From Phycisphaerae bacterium (GTDB lineage Bacteria; Planctomycetota; Phycisphaerae; SM23-33), in the NCBI GenBank assembly GCA_018335035.1, contig JAGXKT010000003.1:14623-78622 (forward strand): a stretch of 64,000 nucleotides of DNA. The letters run 5' to 3'. Under the pieces are notes generated by a model. That model saw only the letters and a program-made list of their open reading frames with translations. It did not search any database and was not told where the DNA came from. This document shows, in pieces, positions 40,364 through 49,531 of the stretch. A program made the translations under genes and the position numbers. Numbering within the stretch: position 1 is the first letter of the stretch; each line of letters starts with the position of its first letter.

Positions 40364-40789
40364 TCACCGCGACATGTCACCACGGTGCCGGCCGGGATAG
40401 CGCAGGTACGGCGCGATTCGCTTCACGGTGGCCGGACCGATACCATCCACCCGCTCCAGGTCGCGCGGCTCGCTGAAGGCCGGTCGCGCATGCGTCGCGC
40501 CCCATCGAGCGCGATAGGCGACGATCCGACCGGCCAGGCGCGGCCCGATGCCGTGCAGGCGGCGCAGGTTCCCCGCGGAGGCGGCGTTCGGGTCGATGCG
40601 TTCGGCGGCGGCCGCGACACGGGCGGCGGACGGCACGTCGCTCGCCGTCGGGGCTCCGGCGGACCACAACACAGCGACCGGCAGCGTCAACCCCGCCGCC
40701 ACAAGCACCAGCAGCGCCGTCGACGCCTGGCGTCCGATGTGCAGATCGTATCGCAGCCGGGGGCGGCCGGATCGCTTCGGCGGGGTCAT
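40364..40789 (-). CDS. comEA: ComEA-like helix-hairpin-helix DNA-binding protein
   Basis: TM, IDPNAAS...LHGIGPRLA..IV.YR...F....DLERVDGIGP. Confidence 0.8.
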   Translation of the reverse strand: MTPPKRSGRPRLRYDLHIGRQASTALLVLVAAGLTLPVAVLWSAGAPTASDVPSAARVAAAAERIDPNAASAGNLRRLHGIGPRLAGRIVAYRARWGATHARPAFSEPRDLERVDGIGPATVKRIAPYLRYPGRHRGDMSR

Positions 40790-42321
40790 GACTTCGGTGC
40801 CGGCGGCGTGCCGGCGGCGCTGGAAGCACTGGCCAGAAAAGCCCGGAAATTCCGCAGCTCCCGGTAGGCGAGCTTGCCGGCGAGGTCGTTACGGCAGAGC
40901 CCGCCGTGGGGAAGGCAATGGCCTTCATAATCCGCCAAGTCCCGCCAGCAGATGCTCTCAACGAACGGCTTGGAGATGCTGATGCGGTAAAACGCCTGGA
41001 GCCATTCGGCCTGGAGACGCTCGGACCAGGGCATGTGCCACGTACCGGCGCGATCGGCGGCGGCCTTGCCGCCCCAGGCGTCCCACGCGTCCGGCGCGGT
41101 CGCCGAGGGCACCTGGCAGGCCGTCACGTGCACCGGCTTGCCCAGCGAGACGAACTCGTCCAGCAAGGAACTGATCTGCAACAGGTCGCGAACGTAGTAC
41201 CCGTCGTCGGCGGCGCCCATCAGTACCTGAAGCCCGAACGCGTCGAAGTTGACGCCATACTGTACGGCGGTGTCCGCGTACAGCAGCGAAGGAATCGTGC
41301 GCTGATTGTGCGCGTAGTATTCGCTCCAGGGGACGACCAACTCGATGATGATCTTCGCCTGGGGGGCGAGCTTTCGGACCCACAGGCAACTCATGCGGGT
41401 CAGCTCGCGGATCTGCTCGAAGCTCATATCGAAGCCGTTGTAAGCATGGATGCCGCTGATGACCTTCCAGACGGCGACGTGACCGGCATAGCGCCGCACG
41501 GTCTGCTGGAGGTGCTCGTAGATCATGTCGCGGATCGTCTCGTAGTCGTGCTCCCAGATGTACAGCCACTCGGGGACATGCTCGGGAGCGAAACTCAAGA
41601 CGGGCCCGCCGTGAACCGGCTTTCCGGCGCGGGCGGCCCAGTTGATCCACGCGTCCACGCGCGCGTAATCGTACCGCCCTTCGTCGGGCTCGACATGCTT
41701 CCACGGCATCGGAACGCTGACGAAGTCAAACGCCTCGGACAACCGCTTGTGATGGCGGTGCGGCTCGGAGAACAGATCCACGGCGCAACCGAAGCTGGAT
41801 TGCGCCGCACTCGCCTGCGACATCCGCCGCCGCCGGACGAAGATGTCAGCGTGAAACAGGGAGGTCTTTTCGCCCAGCGTCACGGCGCGCGCCAGGGCTT
41901 TGTCGGCACGGCGAGCCGCCTCGGGCGGATCGTCGGACTTGAGGGCCTCGACGAACATGCGCCGGACCTCGTCGAACCGCCGGCCAAGCGCCTCGGCCTC
42001 CGCGTAGTCGAACAGACCCCAATCCTCGCGTTTGCGCGCGATCCGCAACAACTGGGCGCGAGCCAACTCGAGGTTCAGGTTATACGGGCGGCGACGGTCG
42101 GGCAGCCGGGTCGTCGGTAGCAGGTAGCGGCCGACGCCGGGCACGTCCCACAGCACGGCCAGGCCGATCGCACCGGCAACGCGTTTGACGCACGTGACCT
42201 GCCCCTTTTCGGCGACCAGATCGGCGCGCACAGGGATGCCGTCCTGTCCGAAGGCGTACGCCCCCGACAGGTCGATCTGGTCGCAGACCGCACCGTCGCG
42301 ATACGCGGTAAACCGTAGCAT
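40786..42321 (-). CDS. GH10-like TIM-barrel protein, catalytic Glu apparently absent
   Basis: WKHVEPDEGRYDY, P.W, VRRY.G.V..W, FDAFGLQ, GKPVHVT, GGL....KLAY. No signal peptide. Confidence 0.75.
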   Translation of the reverse strand: MLRFTAYRDGAVCDQIDLSGAYAFGQDGIPVRADLVAEKGQVTCVKRVAGAIGLAVLWDVPGVGRYLLPTTRLPDRRRPYNLNLELARAQLLRIARKREDWGLFDYAEAEALGRRFDEVRRMFVEALKSDDPPEAARRADKALARAVTLGEKTSLFHADIFVRRRRMSQASAAQSSFGCAVDLFSEPHRHHKRLSEAFDFVSVPMPWKHVEPDEGRYDYARVDAWINWAARAGKPVHGGPVLSFAPEHVPEWLYIWEHDYETIRDMIYEHLQQTVRRYAGHVAVWKVISGIHAYNGFDMSFEQIRELTRMSCLWVRKLAPQAKIIIELVVPWSEYYAHNQRTIPSLLYADTAVQYGVNFDAFGLQVLMGAADDGYYVRDLLQISSLLDEFVSLGKPVHVTACQVPSATAPDAWDAWGGKAAADRAGTWHMPWSERLQAEWLQAFYRISISKPFVESICWRDLADYEGHCLPHGGLCRNDLAGKLAYRELRNFRAFLASASSAAGTPPAPKS

Positions 42322-42385
42322 GTCGCCCTATCAAGAAGAAAAACGATGACAGGTATTAGTCCGTATGGGGCGGGCAACGGCCTTC

Positions 42386-43669
42386 TCAACCAACAGCATA
42401 CTGCCTTTGGGTTTTCTTGGCTACCATATGCTTGGAAAGCCGCGCGTAAACGGGCAGGCCGTCGTCACCAATGTCGATGTCGGCCTGTCCGCGAATCAGC
42501 GGCAGCGCATAGTCGCGAAACGCCTGCGAGATGCCGGTGCCGGAGTCGTCGAGAAACGCGCGCGGCAACAACTTCACGCCGTTGGCAACCTCCTCCAGCG
42601 GCGCCAGGCCCGTCGTACAGCGATACGCGCCGCCGTCGTCGTGACGCTCCAGCGTGACCATCTTGCCGCTGACACCGTCCAGCGCGGCCCGGACGGCCGC
42701 GACGCCCGCCTCGTATGCTTCTGAGACGTCCGTCGCCGAGGCGAAGTGCATCGCGTTACGCTGGGCCGTACCGGCCCGGTTCGTGCGGCACTTGACGCCC
42801 ACGTCGTTCTCGATAATCGCGCGCACGGCCATCGCCGCCCCACCGAGCTGCCGATGCCCGAACGCGTCCGTGGCGAACTGCCCGCCGGCCTCGCCGAGGT
42901 ACTGCCCGTCCGCCGTCTTGACCCCCTCCCCACAAGCGACAAAACACCGCTTGTACTTGTCCAGGCACCGACGGACCTGCTCGATGAACCGGTCCTTCTC
43001 GAACGGAACCTCCGGCACGAGGATGATGTGCGGCGCATCCTCGTCGCTGCGCCGGGCCAGCCCGGCCGAAGCCGCGATCCACCCGGCGTTGCGCCCCATG
43101 ATCTCGTGAACGGTGGTCGTATCGTGCGTGTACAGCGCCTCGGTGTCGCGCCCGGCCTCCAGGACCGACGCGGCCGTGTACTTCGCCACCGAGCCGTACC
43201 CCGGACAGTGATCCGTCCCGGCCAGGTCGTTGTCGATGGTCTTGGGCACGCCCACGGCGATCATCTCGTAGTCTTCCTGCTCGGCGAGCTTGCCGAGCTT
43301 GGCGGCCGTGTCCATCGAGTCGTTGCCGCCGATGTAGAAGAAGTAGCGAATATCATGCGCGGCGAAAACCTCGAGAATCCGCTCGTAGTCGGCGCGGCTG
43401 GTCTGAAGGTCCTTGAGCTTATGGCGACAGGACCCTAGAGCGGCCGAAGGCGTGCGCTTGAGCCGCTCGAGCTCGGCCGGGTCCTCGGCGCCGATGTCGT
43501 ACAGTTCCTCGCGCAGGACGCCGAGAATGCCGTTGAGCCCGCCGTAGACGCCGGTGAACACGTCATCGTTGGCGAGACATGTCTGGATGACGCCGCAGGC
43601 GCTGGCGTTGATGACGGCCGTCGGCCCGCCGGACTGGGCTACGATGGCCTTGCCTTTGATTGTACTCAT
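42386..43669 (-). CDS. pfp: 6-phosphofructokinase, PPi-dependent type
   Basis: QSGGPTAVIN, GGNDSMD (Asp typical of PPi enzymes), PKTIDND, EIMGRNAGW. Confidence 0.88.
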   Translation of the reverse strand: MSTIKGKAIVAQSGGPTAVINASACGVIQTCLANDDVFTGVYGGLNGILGVLREELYDIGAEDPAELERLKRTPSAALGSCRHKLKDLQTSRADYERILEVFAAHDIRYFFYIGGNDSMDTAAKLGKLAEQEDYEMIAVGVPKTIDNDLAGTDHCPGYGSVAKYTAASVLEAGRDTEALYTHDTTTVHEIMGRNAGWIAASAGLARRSDEDAPHIILVPEVPFEKDRFIEQVRRCLDKYKRCFVACGEGVKTADGQYLGEAGGQFATDAFGHRQLGGAAMAVRAIIENDVGVKCRTNRAGTAQRNAMHFASATDVSEAYEAGVAAVRAALDGVSGKMVTLERHDDGGAYRCTTGLAPLEEVANGVKLLPRAFLDDSGTGISQAFRDYALPLIRGQADIDIGDDGLPVYARLSKHMVAKKTQRQYAVG

Positions 43670-43909
43670 GAATCGCCCTCTTCAAGCGGTTTCCTTCAGC
43701 CCCGCGCTGGCCCGGGCTTCTCGACCGTCCGGCGACCGCCGCGGTGCGGCACGCGACACCGTGCCCATCGCAGAGCAGGGCATTATAGAGTGACCGGCGT
43801 TTCAGGACAACGTGCGACCGGAAGTTGCCGCATCGGGCGGACGTATCCTACGTTTCCCGTGAACGGGTTTAGCGGCGACGCGGCCAGACGCCCAGGAGCG
43901 AACAGGCCC

Positions 43910-44989
43910 ATGGAACATACCGAGCACACCCCGCACATCGTGGTCATGAGTCCGCACGGAGGGGATGGCGACGGTGCAGAGCACCTGACCGCGGCGCGGT
44001 GGCATGTCACAGGAGTCTCTGACGAGATCGAGGCCTTTTCGACGCTACGTAGCGGGCAGGCGGACCTGGTTCTGCTGCATCTTCCGGTGCAGGAGACGAT
44101 GGACATGGACCTGCCCGCGGTGCTGCGCAGTGTCGCCGACGACGCGTACCTGCCGGTGATGATACTCGCCGGTGACGCCGACGAAGACGAAACCTGCGCC
44201 TACCTCGACAGCGGCGCCGACGAGGTCGTCAGCGCCGACGCCGCCCCGGCCGAGCTGATCGCCCGCGCCCGTGCCCTGCTGCGGATCAAGGACCTGCACG
44301 ACCAGCTCGCCGCATCGCGCGCGTCGCTGGGCCAGGCGCTGCAACGCGAACGCAAGCTGATGACCCAGTTGCGTCGCGACAACGCCGAACTGCGGGACCT
44401 GGCGACGACGGACCCCCTGACGCGCGTGCAGAACGTGCGCTCGTTCCACGACCTGCTCGCCCACGAGTTCCACGTCGCCAAGCGTTACGGCAAGCCGCTC
44501 AGCGTGCTGATGCTCGACCTGGATCACTTCAAGGTTATCAACGACACCCACGGGCACCCCAGCGGTGACTACGTCCTCAAGGAACTCGCCGTGATCCTGC
44601 GCCAATCCGTCCGCGAGTCCGACGGCGTCGCGCGAACCGGCGGCGAGGAATTCGCCATGATCCTCCCGCGCGCCTCGCGCGACCAGGCCCGATGCTTCGC
44701 CGAACGCATCCGCCAGGAAGTCGACAGGCGTACCTTCAGCGTGCATGGGCACGACATCCACGTCACGGCCTCGGTGGGCACGGCGACATTTCCGGAAGAC
44801 GCGGAAATCACCGACCCGGAGATGCTCTTCTATTGCGCCGACCAGGCCTTGCTGGAGGCGAAAGAAAGTGGACGGGACCGCGTGACGGCCTTCGGCGACC
44901 TGGCGCCCGAGGTGCGTCGGCGCCTTCGCAGCGGGTACCTCGCCGTGGGTGGCCCGGCGGCGGCCGCCGCGTCCAAGGCGGCCTCCTGA
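43910..44989 (+). CDS. diguanylate cyclase with N-terminal receiver-like domain
   Basis: TDPLT, DLDHFK.INDTHGH..GD, RESD I-site, GGEEF, ADQAL..AK..GRDRV. Confidence 0.92.
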   Translation: MEHTEHTPHIVVMSPHGGDGDGAEHLTAARWHVTGVSDEIEAFSTLRSGQADLVLLHLPVQETMDMDLPAVLRSVADDAYLPVMILAGDADEDETCAYLDSGADEVVSADAAPAELIARARALLRIKDLHDQLAASRASLGQALQRERKLMTQLRRDNAELRDLATTDPLTRVQNVRSFHDLLAHEFHVAKRYGKPLSVLMLDLDHFKVINDTHGHPSGDYVLKELAVILRQSVRESDGVARTGGEEFAMILPRASRDQARCFAERIRQEVDRRTFSVHGHDIHVTASVGTATFPEDAEITDPEMLFYCADQALLEAKESGRDRVTAFGDLAPEVRRRLRSGYLAVGGPAAAAASKAAS

Positions 44990-44994
44990 GGGCA

Positions 44995-46542
44995 CTACCG
45001 CGGCACCCACTCCGGGGCCTCGGACGATTCGCAGCCGCGTGCGCCGATAGCCAGAAGATAGGGCACACCGGCCGACACCGCCCCGACGGCGTGAGCAGCC
45101 GCGTCGCCCAGCTCCATCGCCCGTGCCGTGAACGCCCCCTGGAGCACCTCCCCCGCCGCGCCCATGGCGACGGCCAGGGCGATGCCGATCAGCCCCCCCG
45201 CGACATGGCGCGTCCCCAGCATCCAGGCGAGCATCACCGCCGCCAGGAATCCCGCTATCGCGTGCTGGAAGGTGTCGCCAACGCCGAACATGGACGTGCC
45301 CCACGCCAACAGGCCCGTGCGTCGCGCGGCCCCCAGCAGCCCCAGCAGCACGAAGATGCCCATCACGACGGGCCAGCCGCTTCGCGCGGGGCTCGGCCGA
45401 CCCAGCATCGCCGGAAGCAACCCCCACGTCAGCGACACGGCGAGGGTCACCAACGGCAGGAAGCTCCCGGCCGGCGCCAGCGCGGCGCCGCTGGCCAGGA
45501 CCGTCGCAACCGTCCACGTCACCGCGCGCCCGACGTCACTGTCGGCGGTTTGAGCCCTGCGCCGGGCGGCCCACAACAGCCCGGCGAGCGCAACCAGGCC
45601 CCCGGCCAGCAAGCAACCCAGTCCGACCCGCCCGGTCATCCGCCCGAGCACCATCCGTCCGCTGTCGGCCGCGCCAACGGTCGCGAACGCCGCCTCCCCC
45701 ACGCCCAACCACGTCTCGGGCAGCCAACGCACCGCCAGCACGTCCGGGCGGACCCAAGCCCCCCCAACGGCAGCGGCAACCACCAGAAGCCCGCCGACCG
45801 CCAGAAGCAGCGCGCGATGCCGCGCAAAGAGGAGGCCCGTCATCACGAGTGCCGCCCCGGCGCAGCCGCCGGCCAGAAGCGCCTCGCCCGGCGCCGCGGC
45901 CGACAGCGCGACGGCGCCGACGACGGCCACACCGACACATCCGATGCGCCGGAACCGTCGCGGCATTGCGGGGTCCGCCGCGCGTGACGGCGGGCCCCAC
46001 AGCGCCGTCAGCCATACGGCGATGCCCGCCAGGCCCACCAACGACAGGGCGCCTCGCACGGGCGCCTCGGGCGCCCAAGCGGCCGCGGCGGCGGCACCGG
46101 CGGTCATCGCCAAGCCGCACACGCACAGCACGGCGGCATGCTCGGCCGCACGCGGCAACAATGACTGCGTCAACAGGATGCCGACGACCAGCAGTGCCAT
46201 GTGCCACAACACCGAGATGTTCAGCGCCCCGGCCAGTTCCTGCGACGCGTCCGCCGTCGGCGCCGCGATACCGAGGCCCGTGCGTGTCACGTGCCAGCAG
46301 AGCAGCAGCAACGGAACCGTCAGGGCGAGGCAAAAGGGATGCGCGGGCACCGTGCGATCGCCGGTGTGCGTCTGCCACAGCACCCAGAGGGCCCACAGGG
46401 CCAGCATGGCGGTCATCCACGCGCCCCAGGCGCGGTAACTCGGCCACCACCAGCACAGCATGCCGACGACGTACACGCCCGCCAGCAGCCAGCGCAGGAT
46501 CGCCTGCATCTGACGAGATGTTCGTCCCAGCCGAATCGCCAT
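44995..46542 (-). CDS. polytopic membrane protein with C-terminal VanZ-like domain
   Basis: More than 12 TMs; DTFQH...GEVLQ....R.....D..A motif; WLGVG loop reminiscent of O-antigen ligases. Confidence 0.6.
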   Translation of the reverse strand: MAIRLGRTSRQMQAILRWLLAGVYVVGMLCWWWPSYRAWGAWMTAMLALWALWVLWQTHTGDRTVPAHPFCLALTVPLLLLCWHVTRTGLGIAAPTADASQELAGALNISVLWHMALLVVGILLTQSLLPRAAEHAAVLCVCGLAMTAGAAAAAAWAPEAPVRGALSLVGLAGIAVWLTALWGPPSRAADPAMPRRFRRIGCVGVAVVGAVALSAAAPGEALLAGGCAGAALVMTGLLFARHRALLLAVGGLLVVAAAVGGAWVRPDVLAVRWLPETWLGVGEAAFATVGAADSGRMVLGRMTGRVGLGCLLAGGLVALAGLLWAARRRAQTADSDVGRAVTWTVATVLASGAALAPAGSFLPLVTLAVSLTWGLLPAMLGRPSPARSGWPVVMGIFVLLGLLGAARRTGLLAWGTSMFGVGDTFQHAIAGFLAAVMLAWMLGTRHVAGGLIGIALAVAMGAAGEVLQGAFTARAMELGDAAAHAVGAVSAGVPYLLAIGARGCESSEAPEWVPR

Positions 46543-46600
46543 GGCTCTCGCGCCCTTCGCTCGTCAATAGCATCGGCGTTTGGCACGCGACGGCTGAAGC

Positions 46601-48334
46601 TCAGGCGTCTTGCGGAAGCGGAACCTTGGGCACGCGCGCGACGATCTCGGTCCGCCCCCGGCGCGATTCGATGCGCAGTTGCCCGCCGAGCGATTCGGCG
46701 CGTTCGCTCATGGAGGTCAACCCCATCCCCGCCCGGACCTGCCCCGGATCGAACCCACAGCCGTCATCGATGATCTTCAGCGCGATGGCGTCCTCGTGGC
46801 AGATCAACTCGATGGAGATGTTCTCGCCGCCGCTGTGGCGCAGGGCGTTGTTGACGGCTTCCTGGGCGATTCGAAACAGGGCGATCTCCGTGGCGGCGTC
46901 GAGGCGCACGTCGACCATGCCGGCCGGGCTTCGAACGTGCGCGCCGACGCCGGCGTCGAGGCAGTAGCGCGTCAACTGCCGCAATGCCGCGACAAGCCCA
47001 AACGATTCCAACGCCGGCGGGTGCAGCCCGTAGCAGATGTGCCGCACCTCGCGGACCACGTCGCCGCACTGAGCGGCCAGGCCGAGAATCCGAGCCGACA
47101 ACTCGCCGGCGCTGAGGGCGGCGACACCCTCGGCAAGGTTCTCCGTCGCCAGTTGCAGCGCGACGATGCTCTGCCCGACGGAGTCGTGCAATTCGCTGGC
47201 CAGGCGCCGGCGTTCCTCGTCCCGCGCCGTGACCAGTCGCGCGTGCGCCGCCCGCAGACGGCGGCGGCTCTCGCGCAGGGCGCTCTCCGCGCGCTGACGC
47301 CCGGTCACGTCGCGTGCCACGCCCTGGACCCCGACGAGATCCCCGCCATGCCAGATGCCAGCAGTGGTCAACTCCAGCGTCGCGCGCCGCCCGTCCTTTC
47401 GGATGGTCTCGAACCGAAAGGGCTGCTCCAGCAGCTCGCCGCGCAGCCGCTTCGCCAACCGCTCGAAGATCGGCGTGACGTACTCCGGGGCCAACAGGCG
47501 CGACATGTTCATTCCGATGACTTCTTCCAGCGCGTAGCCGGTGATCTCCTCGGCCGCCTTGTTGGCGAACGTGTAAGTTCCCGTCGTGTCGATCTGGAAA
47601 ATGATGTCCGACGTGTTCTGGATGATGTGTTGCAGTCGCTCTCGCGACTGGCGCAGTTCCTCCTCCGCGGCCTTGCGCCGCGTGATGTCCTCCACCAGCC
47701 CGTCGACCCACTCGTTGCGCCCCCGGCTGTCGCGATGCAACCGCGCCGTCAGCGACACCCACATGCTCTTGCCGTCCCTGCGGCGTAACCGCACCTGTCG
47801 CCCCGTCACCACCCCATCGCGAAGCAAGTCCGACACGATCGTTTCACGCTCACTCGCGTCCACGTATGCCGCGCGCGCGTCGAGCTGCTTCACCTCGTCA
47901 GGCGAATCGTAGCCAAGCATGTGCGCCACCGCCGGGGTCGCCTGGAGAATCCGGCCGTCAAGCGTAGTCCTGAACAGCCCCACGTCGAGATTCTCCACCA
48001 GCGTGCGATACTGCTCGCTGTGGGCGCGGAGGGCCGCCGCCGCAAGTGGCCCGTCGCGGCTGTCCTCGCTGACGATATCCAGATAGCCCAACTGCCGCCA
48101 CTGCGCCAACGTCCGCCCATCGGCCTCGCGGGCCGCCTCGTTGACGAACACGAACCGGCCCGATTCGTCCAGGACATACACCGGGTCGGGCGCCGCGTTC
48201 AGCAGACGGCTGGCCGGGCACTCATCGTCTGCAAACAGATCCCGGCCACGTCGCGGCTCCGCCGAGCGTTCGCCGGGCGCAGACGCATCGTCCGAGCCGC
48301 CGGCTTCCCCGTTGCTTGGCTTCCGATCGCTCAT
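46601..48334 (-). CDS. multi-PAS sensor histidine kinase (HisKA_3)
   Basis: Three PAS starts, ERRRLASELHDSVGQ, FRIAQEAVNNALRHS, DDGCGF, GMGLTSMSER. Confidence 0.92.
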   Translation of the reverse strand: MSDRKPSNGEAGGSDDASAPGERSAEPRRGRDLFADDECPASRLLNAAPDPVYVLDESGRFVFVNEAAREADGRTLAQWRQLGYLDIVSEDSRDGPLAAAALRAHSEQYRTLVENLDVGLFRTTLDGRILQATPAVAHMLGYDSPDEVKQLDARAAYVDASERETIVSDLLRDGVVTGRQVRLRRRDGKSMWVSLTARLHRDSRGRNEWVDGLVEDITRRKAAEEELRQSRERLQHIIQNTSDIIFQIDTTGTYTFANKAAEEITGYALEEVIGMNMSRLLAPEYVTPIFERLAKRLRGELLEQPFRFETIRKDGRRATLELTTAGIWHGGDLVGVQGVARDVTGRQRAESALRESRRRLRAAHARLVTARDEERRRLASELHDSVGQSIVALQLATENLAEGVAALSAGELSARILGLAAQCGDVVREVRHICYGLHPPALESFGLVAALRQLTRYCLDAGVGAHVRSPAGMVDVRLDAATEIALFRIAQEAVNNALRHSGGENISIELICHEDAIALKIIDDGCGFDPGQVRAGMGLTSMSERAESLGGQLRIESRRGRTEIVARVPKVPLPQDA

Positions 48335-48442
48335 GGCTTCTGCCTGAGATTCGGGCCGAACCCCGCATCGGCCCCAAGGTTCATCCTACCGGCGGCGCCG
48401 GCGCCAAGGGCATCTCGGACGAGCACGGGCGGGCCGAATACG

Positions 48443-49525
48443 CTATCGCCGCGCCGCAGCGATCATCGCATCGACGCTCGTCTCGACCGCGGCGCAGACG
48501 CGATCCCCCGCCCCGTAGTACACGGTAAGCGTGCCGTCGTCAGAGACGATCGTGCCGTTGGCGAAGACCGTGTTGGCGAACACGCCCTCGCGTTCGTAGT
48601 CGGCCTCGGGCAACAGCACCGGTCGCGACGAGCAGGACAGCACCCGCTCGGGATGCTCCAGGTCGCTGAGCATTGCGCCCAGGGCATACCGCTGCCCGTC
48701 GCAGCCGTGGTAGATCTCCAGCCAGCCGGCGTCCGTACGGATCGGCACGCCGCCGGCGCCGACGCGGTCGGCGTGCCAGGCATTCGCCGTCGGCGCGAGC
48801 GTCATGTCGTGACGCCCCCAACTGAGCAGATCCGGCGAGTACGCCGTCCAGATGCACGCGTCGTTGAATTCCGTCATATAGGGCCGGTGCCGGCAGACGT
48901 ACAGCCCGTCGCCATGGTCCCCGCACGGGACACGCTCCGGGAAGATCACCACGTCTTTCTGGTACGGCGGGAAGATCACACCCTCCCGCCGGAATGTCAC
49001 GAAATCGTCCGTCGTCGCCAGCGCCACCGCCACGCCACGGTCCGAGACGGCCGTGTAGGTAATCAGATGCCGCCCGCTCAGCGGCGACTCCGTCAGCGGA
49101 TCGTCCAGCGTCGTGATGCGGGCATCCTCGCAGCCGTAGGCCTCGTACGACGTCGCGGGGAAGATCGCCGGCGCCGGATCGAACGTAAAGTGCTGCCCGT
49201 CGCGGCTTCGGGCGATGCGCAAATGCGACATGCTCGTCAGCAGCGTCTTGCCGCGATACGTGTACTTGCGCGTGTCGATCACGCCCAGATCCGGATCGTC
49301 CTGGCGAATGCGTCCGACCGACTCCCGTCCGGTGTCGCGATCGTAGTAGAGGTACGACACGTACCCCGGCTCGTCGACGGGCCGCTCGCCGATGCGCACC
49401 AGCAGCAGGACCTCGTCGCCGACCCGCACGGCCGCTGGATTCAGCGTGCACAGCACGACCAGATCGTCACGTGTCGGCGCGACGTCCTCGGGACGCAGCA
49501 ACGGGTTTTCGTCCAGCCGTCGCAT
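48443..49525 (-). CDS. GH130 glycoside phosphorylase/hydrolase
   Basis: ENPLL, LNPAA, YGCEDARIT, KDVVIFPE, HRP, VGAGGVPIRT..GWLEIYHG, YYGAGD. Confidence 0.9.
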   Translation of the reverse strand: MRRLDENPLLRPEDVAPTRDDLVVLCTLNPAAVRVGDEVLLLVRIGERPVDEPGYVSYLYYDRDTGRESVGRIRQDDPDLGVIDTRKYTYRGKTLLTSMSHLRIARSRDGQHFTFDPAPAIFPATSYEAYGCEDARITTLDDPLTESPLSGRHLITYTAVSDRGVAVALATTDDFVTFRREGVIFPPYQKDVVIFPERVPCGDHGDGLYVCRHRPYMTEFNDACIWTAYSPDLLSWGRHDMTLAPTANAWHADRVGAGGVPIRTDAGWLEIYHGCDGQRYALGAMLSDLEHPERVLSCSSRPVLLPEADYEREGVFANTVFANGTIVSDDGTLTVYYGAGDRVCAAVETSVDAMIAAARR

Positions 49526-49531
49526 TACGGC

